From an uncultured Bacteroidales bacterium (GTDB lineage: Bacteria > Bacteroidota > Bacteroidia > Bacteroidales > G3-4614), in NCBI GenBank assembly GCA_949297125.1, contig CASFRS010000027.1, positions 76,465-140,464 on the forward strand: a stretch of DNA of 64,000 nt. Reading direction: 5' to 3'. Shown here one piece after another: positions 57,109-64,000 of this stretch. Under the pieces are notes generated by a model, which made no database searches, was not told the DNA's origin, and was given only the letters and a program-made list of their open reading frames with translations. Made by a program: the position numbers and the translations under genes. How positions within the stretch are numbered: the stretch's first letter is position 1; each line of letters opens with the position of its first letter.

Positions 57109-57612
57109 TTAATCGGAATCTGACGGGTATATCCGCAGGCCGATACGTTCAATCCCCTCTATTATGTCTTTTCTCATTCCCTGCGATACGGAAACCGAAT
57201 ATGTCCCCCCCTTGCGGAACCTTATTTTCCGTTTGTATGGTATGCGCTGCTGGTATGTGCTTCCCCAGCCGCTGCCCAGCCATTTGCCGAATTCATCGGC
57301 AAGCATGCAGTTGAGCGTGTCGCGGGCAACAGTATTTTTCCCGGCATCTTCCACCGTGATAAACAGGTAGAGGTTGCGGTATCCGTAGCGGTTGTCGTAA
57401 TTCAGCTCCACGTCGATGTCGTAAGTTGTGCCGGACGTGTCGATAAGGGGGTAGAACTTCTGGATGTTCCGTTTGTCCCATCCCCTTGCCGGTATGTCGT
57501 TGAATTCGTGGAAAGAATCTTCCCTGTAAGAGCATGCCGCACCTGCCAGCGCCGATAATAGGGCAAGCGCCAGCAGGTGCGGCATGAAACCGGATCTCTT
57601 CTTTCTGTTCAT
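57109..57612 (-). CDS. gldH: GldH-family lipoprotein (gliding/T9SS-associated)
   Basis: 167 aa with a lipobox (LAGAAC). Pattern ..YDIDVELNYDNRYGYRNLYLFITV... ATGA overlap with the upstream PSP1 gene. PSP1-gldH synteny is typical of Bacteroidota. Confidence 0.7.
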   Translation of the reverse strand: MNRKKRSGFMPHLLALALLSALAGAACSYREDSFHEFNDIPARGWDKRNIQKFYPLIDTSGTTYDIDVELNYDNRYGYRNLYLFITVEDAGKNTVARDTLNCMLADEFGKWLGSGWGSTYQQRIPYKRKIRFRKGGTYSVSVSQGMRKDIIEGIERIGLRIYPSDSD

Positions 57613-58748
57613 TTCCTGTTTTTGTTCCCTCCGCCGTTCTGCCTGTTGCCGGCATTGCGGCTGCGGTTGCGGTTCTTGTTCTTGCGCGAGGCCTTGTCGA
57701 AGCGCGTTACGCTGTCCTGTCCCACCACGTCCTTGAATTCTTTCTTTTCCTCCTTTAAGGGCTGTTTGTTGTCGAGGGTCTTGGGCTTGTTGCCGCGTTT
57801 GTTCATGGCTATCACTTCAAAGGCTCTCGATACGTGGATGGTAACGAGGTTTTCGGGAGTCTCCTTCTTTGTCGAATATGTAAGTTCCTCCTTGAATATG
57901 TCCGTTTTTTGGTGATAGTAATCCCCTTCCTGGGTTTGCAGCACAACCTCTTTCGACGGCATCCGTTTTGCTCCCTCTACGTAGGCGTCAACCTCGTAGT
58001 TGATGCAGCACTTGAGCTTTGCGCACTGTCCGGCCAGTTTCTGCGGGTTAAGGGATATGTCCTGGTATCTTGCCGCGCTTGTCGAAACCGATACGAAGTT
58101 CGTCATCCACGACGAGCAGCACAACTGCCGCCCGCACGGCCCTATCCCGCCTATCCTGCCGGCCTCCTGCCGCGCGCCTATCTGTTTCATCTCTATCCTT
58201 ACCTTGAATGTCTCGGCCAGGACCTTTATCAGCTGGCGGAAGTCCACGCGGTCGTCCGCTATATAGTAAAAAATAGCCTTTGCCCCGTCTCCCTGGTACT
58301 CCACGTCCCCAATCTTCATGTTGAGGTTGAGGTCTTCGGCAATTTTCCTTGCCTGCAACATGGTGGAATGCTCGAGAGCTTTCGCGTCATGCCATTTCTG
58401 GAGGTCGCTCTCTTTTGCCTTGCGGTATACGCGCTTGATTTCAATCTCTTTTTTTGTCCCGAGCTTGCGCATCTGCAACTTTACCAGCGGGCCTGTCAGG
58501 GTAACCTCGCCTATGTCGTGCCCGGGGGTGCTCTCTACCGCAACAATATCCCCTTTGGCCAGGTCCAGCCCGAGGGAATTCAGGTAATACCCCTTGCGGG
58601 TATTCTTGAACTGAACCTCTACGATATTGTCGCTGCACCCCGGGGCCGGAGGAATGTCGTTCAGCCAGTCGTAAGTTTCAAGTTTGCGGCTTCCGTAAAG
58701 TTTCTCCTTTTTCGGGAGCGCATCTTTGTTTTCGGGTATGTTGTCCAT
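57609..58748 (-). CDS. PSP1-domain protein (RicT/YaaT-like)
   Basis: 379 aa. PSP1 core with a Cys cluster (..GPCGRQLCCSSW.., ..CAKLKCCINYE..) and a basic Lys/Arg/Asn-rich C-terminal tail. Confidence 0.85.
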   Translation of the reverse strand: MDNIPENKDALPKKEKLYGSRKLETYDWLNDIPPAPGCSDNIVEVQFKNTRKGYYLNSLGLDLAKGDIVAVESTPGHDIGEVTLTGPLVKLQMRKLGTKKEIEIKRVYRKAKESDLQKWHDAKALEHSTMLQARKIAEDLNLNMKIGDVEYQGDGAKAIFYYIADDRVDFRQLIKVLAETFKVRIEMKQIGARQEAGRIGGIGPCGRQLCCSSWMTNFVSVSTSAARYQDISLNPQKLAGQCAKLKCCINYEVDAYVEGAKRMPSKEVVLQTQEGDYYHQKTDIFKEELTYSTKKETPENLVTIHVSRAFEVIAMNKRGNKPKTLDNKQPLKEEKKEFKDVVGQDSVTRFDKASRKNKNRNRSRNAGNRQNGGGNKNRK

Positions 58749-58835
58749 TTTGAAAACTCTTTATGGCAGACCGCCGCACAGCAGGAACACCGGCAGCGGC
58801 CTTCTGTTCAGAAAATAACTCCGTGTGCGTCGAAA

Positions 58836-60371
58836 CTATTTTGCGTAGCTTACTGCACGGGTTTCCCTTATTACGGTAATCTTTACCTGTCCGGGGTAAG
58901 TCATTTCGTCCTGTATGCGCTTTGCAATCTCCGTCGACAGGCTTTCGGTCTCGATGTCATTAACCTTGTCCGCACCCACTACAACGCGCAATTCGCGGCC
59001 GGCCTGTATGGCGTAGGTCTTGTTTACGCCGGGGTAGGAGAGGGCCAACTGTTCGAGGTCGTTGAGGCGTTTTATGTATGCCTCAACAATTTCGCGCCTT
59101 GCTCCGGGGCGTGCGCCCGATATGGCATCGCAGACCTGTACTATGGGGGCAAGCAGCGAGGTCATCTCCGTTTCGTCGTGGTGTGCCCCTACGGCGTTGC
59201 ATATCTCGGGGTTCTCCTTGTATTTTTCCAGCAGTTTCATGCCCAGCAGTGCGTGCGGCAGTTCCGGCTCGTCATCGGGCACTTTGCCTATGTCGTGCAA
59301 CAGTCCGGCACGTTTTGCCTTTTTGGGGTTGAGCCCCAGCTCGCTCGCCATTATGGCGCACAGATTGGCCGTTTCGCGCGAATGCTGCAGCAGGTTCTGC
59401 CCGTACGACGAACGGTATTTCATTTTGCCCACAAGGCGGATCAGCTCGGGATGCAGCCCGTGGATACCGAGGTCAATCGCCGTTCTCTTGCCGGTCTCTA
59501 TAATTTCGTCTTCAATCTGTTTCTTCACTTTCGCTACGACTTCTTCTATCCTTGCAGGGTGGATTCGCCCGTCGGTAACCAACTGGTGCAGTGCAAGGCG
59601 GGCTATCTCCCTGCGTACCGGGTCAAATCCCGAAAGGACTATGGCTTCGGGGGTGTCGTCTACAATTATTTCAACGCCGGTGGCAGCTTCAAGAGCCCTT
59701 ATGTTGCGTCCTTCGCGCCCGATAATCCGCCCCTTTATCTCGTCCGAGTCGATATGGAAAACCGTAACGGCGTTTTCTATGGTAGTTTCAGTGGCTACCC
59801 TCTGTATGGTCTGGATAACTATCCGCTTCGCTTCCTTGTTGGCTGTCAGTTTGGCTTCGTCCATAATGTCGTTTATGTACGATGCCGCCTGGCTTTTGGC
59901 TTCGTCCTTAAGTGTCTCGACAAGGCGTTCCTTGGCCTCTTCGGCCGATATGCCGGCTATTTTTTCCAGTTTCTCTACCTCCGACTTGTATATCTTGTCC
60001 AGTTCGAGTTTCTTCTTGTCCACTACTTCCAGCTGGGCATCGAGGTTTACGCGCATGGCATCCATCTCGCTCTTTTTGCGCTGTATCTCCTGCTGTTGCT
60101 GGTTTATCTGTACTTCTCTCTGCTGAGCCCTCGACTCGGCCGACTGCAACTTCGCATACCTTGCCGTAATCTGCTGCTCCATGTCGGCTTTCATCTGTAT
60201 GCACTTCTCCTTGACCTCGAGAATCTTGTTGCGCTTGATCGACTCGGCCTCCTTTTTGGCGTCGTCCATTATCGTCCTGGTCTTTGCCTTCAGCGATAAC
60301 CGGATTATAATCAGTCCTACGGCAGCTCCTGCCAGCAGACCCACAACCGTCATTATTATTATACTCTCCAT
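58836..60371 (-). CDS. rny: Ribonuclease Y
   Basis: 511 aa. N-terminal TM helix, coiled coil, KH domain (..[15 protein letters not shown]..) and HD domain (..LLHDIGK..). Confidence 0.96.
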   Translation of the reverse strand: MESIIIMTVVGLLAGAAVGLIIIRLSLKAKTRTIMDDAKKEAESIKRNKILEVKEKCIQMKADMEQQITARYAKLQSAESRAQQREVQINQQQQEIQRKKSEMDAMRVNLDAQLEVVDKKKLELDKIYKSEVEKLEKIAGISAEEAKERLVETLKDEAKSQAASYINDIMDEAKLTANKEAKRIVIQTIQRVATETTIENAVTVFHIDSDEIKGRIIGREGRNIRALEAATGVEIIVDDTPEAIVLSGFDPVRREIARLALHQLVTDGRIHPARIEEVVAKVKKQIEDEIIETGKRTAIDLGIHGLHPELIRLVGKMKYRSSYGQNLLQHSRETANLCAIMASELGLNPKKAKRAGLLHDIGKVPDDEPELPHALLGMKLLEKYKENPEICNAVGAHHDETEMTSLLAPIVQVCDAISGARPGARREIVEAYIKRLNDLEQLALSYPGVNKTYAIQAGRELRVVVGADKVNDIETESLSTEIAKRIQDEMTYPGQVKITVIRETRAVSYAK

Positions 60372-60393
60372 TGTGTATTACTTTTAATAGTTT

Positions 60394-60442
60394 AAAAAAA
60401 AACACTACGGCAAAAGGGTGGAAACTCCCCTTTGCGGCAGTG
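60394..60442 (-). terminator. Terminator-like hairpin + T9 tract downstream of zapA, 22 nt upstream of the rny ATG
   Basis: Imperfect hairpin at 60403-60442 (CACTACGGCAAAAGGGTGG..CTCCCCTTTGCGGCAGTG). An A9 run at 60394-60402 gives T9 on the minus strand. Confidence 0.6.
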
Positions 60443-60474
60443 CGGATTATTATTGTTGAAAAATATTTTCGGCT

Positions 60475-60750
60475 TTACGACAACTCGGCCTCTATTTCCT
60501 TGCATATCCCGGCAAGAAGCGCAGAGTTCCTGTTGTTTTCCGATTGCACGGCGACATACGCCAGTGCCACCCTGAAAGCTGCCATTGCAAGGATATCCTG
60601 TTCTTCAATATCCTGCTTCTGCTTGTAATAAGCAACCTGGTCGTTGATTATTCTGGCGGCTTTACGGTAAGCCTCCTCCAAATCTCTGTTTACGGTAAGC
60701 TTATAACGCCTTCCGGCAACTTCTATCGTTATTTTAAGTTTATCGGTCAT
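60475..60750 (-). CDS. zapA: Cell division protein ZapA
   Basis: 91 aa. The sequence ..KITIEVAGRRYKLTVNRDLEE..YRKAARIINDQV.. matches the ZapA pattern. Confidence 0.8.
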   Translation of the reverse strand: MTDKLKITIEVAGRRYKLTVNRDLEEAYRKAARIINDQVAYYKQKQDIEEQDILAMAAFRVALAYVAVQSENNRNSALLAGICKEIEAELS

Positions 60751-60755
60751 AGCAT

Positions 60756-61055
60756 CTATTCATTTAATAAAGAGATGCATTTGTCGATTTCCCGCACTAA
60801 TTTGTTCACCCGTAACCGGGCGCTCTTCACATCGCCTTCCGTCATTACGAAACCTTGTGAAGTTATCAGCATGTCGTATCTGGCTTTCATCTCCTCCAGC
60901 TGCGTTTTCAAAGCCTTCTGTTCATTGCGCAGCGAAGCTAAAAGACTTTCGGCTTCATCCCTTGCGGCGGCAGCCTCGCGATACTTTGCGAGGAGCTCCG
61001 AAACATTTCTCTGAAGCCTGCTTACAATATCGTCTTTATCATTGCCGGACACCAT
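60756..61055 (-). CDS. Small coiled-coil protein co-transcribed with zapA (function unknown)
   Basis: 99 aa from ATG 61055. The sequence is heptad-rich (..LLAKYREAAAARDEAESLLASLRNEQKALKTQLEEMKARYD..). It ends 5 nt before zapA. Confidence 0.55.
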   Translation of the reverse strand: MVSGNDKDDIVSRLQRNVSELLAKYREAAAARDEAESLLASLRNEQKALKTQLEEMKARYDMLITSQGFVMTEGDVKSARLRVNKLVREIDKCISLLNE

Positions 61056-61071
61056 ATGCAAATATCTATTA

Positions 61072-61079
61072 CAAAAGTA
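61072..61079 (-). promoter_or_regulatory. Bacteroidota -7 promoter box (TACTTTTG on minus strand) for the zapA operon
   Basis: TAnnTTTG match 17 nt upstream of ATG 61055. Confidence 0.5.
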
Positions 61080-61341
61080 TGGAATAAAATTCTAATTATG
61101 AAAGAACGGGAACTATTTTTATTCTATTTTATTATTTTGGGGTACGGTAGGGATGGGAGGTTTCAGACGGAAAGTGTTGTCTGTCAAAGAAGTGCCGCAA
61201 CTGCGGGAGGATGCGGGCGTCTGCCGGCAGGAACGGCCCCAGGGGTAAATCTTTGCCTTTACCGTCCCGGCGGCCTTGGCGCGGAACAGGGCGAAAAAAA
61301 ATATTTGAACCGCCGCAAATCCTTTATTCAAAGAAAAGGTG

Positions 61342-61349
61342 TAAATTTG
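61342..61349 (+). promoter_or_regulatory. Candidate -7 promoter box (TAAATTTG) about 250 nt upstream of the RND operon
   Basis: TAnnTTTG match. An 8-bp inverted repeat, GCATTCGG (61349-61356) and CCGAATGC (61367-61374), follows immediately. Confidence 0.4.
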
Positions 61350-61598
61350 CATTCGGAAAATAGTACCCGAATGCGTAACAGGCGGAGTGCCGCGGCACAG
61401 GCCCGAAGCAGGGTGCGGCAATCGGGTGGTATCCCACGATAATGCCGCGTCGTCCGGGCCCGGGGAGTCTGTTCCCCTGCCGATGGACAGCCGGGTATAA
61501 AAGTACCGTATTGGAAAACCGGTTCTTCTCTTTTGCGGTTTTATTGAAAAAGGTATGTTGACAGTCTGTTGGAAAATCAATCAAAAAACAAACGATAT

Positions 61599-62774
61599 AT
61601 GAAGATTCTGAAAAAGTTCGGTATTCCTGTCATGTCTGTAAGCGGGTTGCTGTTCGTGTCGTTGTTCATGCCAGGATGCAATGGCGGCGACCGCCAGCCC
61701 TCTTTGCCCGAGTATGCAGTAATGGAACTGACCCCGACGTCGGTAACGGTAAACAATGCGTTCCCCGCCACCGTGAGGGGTTCGCAGGATATAGAGATTC
61801 GCAGCAACGTCAGCGGGTTTATTGTAAAAGTCTGCGTTGATGAAGGGGACAAGGTCAAGAAAGGCCAGGTTCTTTTTGAAATAGACCATTCCATATACGA
61901 AGCTTCGTACAACAATGCAAAAGCCAATCTTGAAGTGGCAAAGGCCAACCTCGAAACGGCGAAGATAACGGCCGCCAACAAGAATGTGCTGTACGGCAAA
62001 GGGATAATAAGCGAGTATGAGAAGCAACTGGCCGACAACCAGCTTGAATCGAGCAAGGCTGCGGTAGCGCAGGCCGAAGCCAATCTCCACAGCGCCAAGA
62101 CAAACCTCGATTACAGTTACGTGCTCAGCCCTTCCGACGGCGTGGTAGGAACGATACCGTTCAGGATAGGGAGCCTTGTGGGGCCTTCAACGGCAACGCC
62201 TCTGACAACCGTGTCGGAAATAGACGAAATGTTCGTTTACTTCTCCATGAATGAAAAGGCCGTTCTCAACTTTGCCCGCAAAGGGGGTGGCGGCGACCTG
62301 CTGGCCGGGATGCCCGAGGTGGAACTGAAACTTGCCGACGGGACGATATATCCGCATAAGGGAAAGGTCTCCGCCATAAGCGGCGTGCTTGACGTGAATA
62401 CTGGCGCAGCCAACATGCGTGCTGTTTTCAGCAACCCCGAGAGGCTGTTGCGCAGCGGGAATACGGGGACCGTACTTATTCCCGAAAAGTACGACAGTAC
62501 GCTGCTCATACCGCAGTCGGCCACGTATGAGTTGCAGGACAAGAAATTCGTCTGCCTGCTGAATGACAGCAATGTGGTGAAATCGCAGGAAATACAGGTG
62601 AACAACCTTAGCGACGGGAAAACCTATATAGTAACCGGCGGCCTCGTTCCCGGCGACAGAATAGTGATAGAGGGCGTGGGAATTTCGGTTAAGGACGGGA
62701 TGAAGATAAAACCCATAACCAAAGAAGAGTCCGATGCCCGCTTCAATGCCGCAACGGCCAATAGAGAGAATTAA
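61599..62774 (+). CDS. RND efflux periplasmic adaptor subunit (MexA/AcrA family lipoprotein)
   Basis: ATG at 61599 (MKILKKFGIPVMSVSGLLFVSLFMPGC, lipobox), with a lipoyl/hairpin/beta-barrel adaptor pattern. The track start at 61569 is TTG. Confidence 0.9.
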   Translation: MKILKKFGIPVMSVSGLLFVSLFMPGCNGGDRQPSLPEYAVMELTPTSVTVNNAFPATVRGSQDIEIRSNVSGFIVKVCVDEGDKVKKGQVLFEIDHSIYEASYNNAKANLEVAKANLETAKITAANKNVLYGKGIISEYEKQLADNQLESSKAAVAQAEANLHSAKTNLDYSYVLSPSDGVVGTIPFRIGSLVGPSTATPLTTVSEIDEMFVYFSMNEKAVLNFARKGGGGDLLAGMPEVELKLADGTIYPHKGKVSAISGVLDVNTGAANMRAVFSNPERLLRSGNTGTVLIPEKYDSTLLIPQSATYELQDKKFVCLLNDSNVVKSQEIQVNNLSDGKTYIVTGGLVPGDRIVIEGVGISVKDGMKIKPITKEESDARFNAATANREN

Positions 62775-62797
62775 AAAACAGTAATGCGAGAAAGAAT

Positions 62798-64000
62798 ATG
62801 AACTTAGAGAAATTCATAAACCGCCCGGTACTGTCAACGGTAATTTCCATCCTGATAGTAATACTGGGTATTCTCGGTGTGGCCACGCTGCCGATAACGC
62901 AATACCCCGACATCGCGCCCCCTACGGTATCGGTGTCGGCATCATACCAGGGTGCAAACGCCCAAACCGTATTGAACAGCGTTATAGCCCCTCTTGAAGA
63001 AGAGATAAACGGTGTGGAGAACATGACCTATATAACCTCCACCGCAACCAATACCGGCGATGCCACCATAAATGTATATTTCAAGCCGGGGAGCGACCCC
63101 GACATGGCCGCCGTAAACGTCCAGAACAGGGTGGCAAAGGCTCAGGGTTTCCTCCCCTCCGAAGTAACCCGTGCGGGGGTGATAACCAGCAAGAGGCAAT
63201 CCAGCATACTGCTGGCCATAACGATATACAGCTCTGACGACCGCTACGATGAGACGTTCCTGTACAATTACATGAAGATAAACGTTGCGCCGCAGATAAA
63301 GCGCGTAAGCGGTGTTGGCGACGTAAACGTGCTCGGCGCGGAGTATTCTATGCGGATATGGCTGAAACCCGACGTAATGGCGCAGTATTCTCTGATGCCG
63401 TCCGATATACAGGCGCTCCTCAACGACCAGAACATAGAGGCGGCGCCGGGGCAGTTGGGCGAAAACGCAAAAGACCAGTCGTTCCAGTATATATTGAAGT
63501 ATAAGGGCCGGTTGCAGACCCCTGAAGAGTTCGGCGACATGGTGTTGCGGGCCAACAGCAACGGCGACGTGCTGCGTCTGCGCGATGTGGCCGATATAGA
63601 ACTGGGTGCGTTGAGCTATTCCGTAACATCCCGTTCCAACGGGCATCCCGGAGTAACGACAATGGTTTTCCAGACGGCAGGTTCCAACGCCACGCAGATT
63701 ATAAACGAAACCACGAAACTGATAGAGCAGGAATCCAAGTCGTTCCCGCCGGGAGTGAAATACGACCTGCTGCTTAATACCAACGACTTTTTGTACGCCT
63801 CCATACACGAGGTGCTGAAAACCCTGATTGAGGCGTTCATACTTGTGTTCCTTGTCGTATACGTATTCCTTCAGGACTTCCGCTCCACGCTTATCCCGGC
63901 GATAGCTATCCCGGTGGCGTTGATAGGAACGTTCTTCGTCCTCAAGATAATAGGGTTCAGCATAAACCTGCTGACGCTTTGTGCACTTGTGCTGGCCATA
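62798..64000 (+). CDS. RND efflux inner-membrane permease (AcrB/MexB family), N-terminal 401 codons; runs off the right edge
   Basis: Absent from the ORF track because it is open-ended. My translation from ATG 62798 gives MNLEKFINRPVLSTVISILIVILGILGVATLPITQYPDIAPPTVSVSASYQGANAQTV.., a canonical AcrB N-terminus. Confidence 0.93.
   Translation, partial: MNLEKFINRPVLSTVISILIVILGILGVATLPITQYPDIAPPTVSVSASYQGANAQTVLNSVIAPLEEEINGVENMTYITSTATNTGDATINVYFKPGSDPDMAAVNVQNRVAKAQGFLPSEVTRAGVITSKRQSSILLAITIYSSDDRYDETFLYNYMKINVAPQIKRVSGVGDVNVLGAEYSMRIWLKPDVMAQYSLMPSDIQALLNDQNIEAAPGQLGENAKDQSFQYILKYKGRLQTPEEFGDMVLRANSNGDVLRLRDVADIELGALSYSVTSRSNGHPGVTTMVFQTAGSNATQIINETTKLIEQESKSFPPGVKYDLLLNTNDFLYASIHEVLKTLIEAFILVFLVVYVFLQDFRSTLIPAIAIPVALIGTFFVLKIIGFSINLLTLCALVLAI

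Noticed and set aside
57834-60299. An 821-aa ORF on the + strand spanning PSP1 and rny. Similar giant antisense ORFs occur at 38146..40164 (-), 47951..49789 (-), 21239..22720 (+), 27641..29062 (-), 54365..55606 (+) and 52691..53932 (-).
   Set aside because: Each is codon-aligned antisense to genes with unambiguous family motifs. I checked the arithmetic: 57834, the PSP1 codons and the rny codons share the same triplet phase, and so do 40164, prfB and argB. Their products are V/Y/L/R/G/H/F-rich with no motifs, and they run straight through intergenic spacers. Shadow ORFs of this kind are expected when the sense codons TTA, CTA and TCA are rare in GC3-rich genes.
60372-60474. A possible 6S RNA (ssrS) downstream of zapA, by analogy with the E. 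coli zapA-ssrS arrangement.
   Set aside because: The spacer is only 103 bp, too short for a 6S RNA of about 180 nt. It is explained by a hairpin plus T-tract.
61380-61460. Fragments that resemble known RNA motifs: GATAATGCC (as in TPP riboswitches) and CAGGCCCGAAGCAGG (as in SRP RNA domain IV).
   Set aside because: The other obligatory elements are absent. There is no CUGAGA for TPP and no GGAAGGAAGCAGC for SRP. The resemblance is limited to a few nucleotides.
1-64000. A scan for CRISPR arrays, tandem repeats, rRNA, IS elements, toxin-antitoxin pairs and known defence-system architectures.
   Set aside because: I found no regularly spaced direct repeats, no nuclease/helicase/methylase islands, and no small adjacent gene pairs of TA type. 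The single SF1B helicase (54206..55636) stands alone among housekeeping genes.

Overview
This 64-kb chromosomal window comes from a Bacteroidota (Bacteroidales-type) genome. The phylum call rests on a SusC/SusD pair, a T9SS C-terminal sorting domain, GldH, and TAnnTTTG -7 promoter boxes before many genes. The coding DNA looks relatively GC-rich by eye, so an Alistipes/Rikenellaceae-like organism is possible, but that is only a guess. I support about 50 protein genes and one tRNA-Lys(CTT), with no rRNA. Most genes are core housekeeping: bamA-uppS, ribD, prmC, recX, pyrE, argH, rluD, ddl, tsaC, ribBA, lptF/G, ruvX-def, cdsA-ftsH-rsfS, prfB-argB, fabD, nifJ/PFOR, trx, cls, rsmD, gldH-PSP1, rny, zapA. 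prfB carries the canonical +1 programmed frameshift, which the ORF track splits. Four loci look accessory. (1) A susC/susD/Big_2-lipoprotein cluster has no enzyme or regulator beside it. (2) The tRNA-Lys neighbourhood holds two divergent PCMD-domain paralogues (one a T9SS cargo), an MBL hydrolase and a ~0.6-kb GC-rich tract with no ORF. (3) A TolC-HlyD-2xABC-2-permease operon has no ATPase gene. (4) An RND efflux operon sits behind a long GC-rich leader. I found no CRISPR array, transposase, integrase, prophage, toxin-antitoxin pair or recognisable defence system. I cannot honestly claim a clearly novel multi-gene system here. The findings are modest-score leads, mostly non-coding structure and odd operon architecture. 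The many very long antisense ORFs in the track are shadow ORFs and are rejected.
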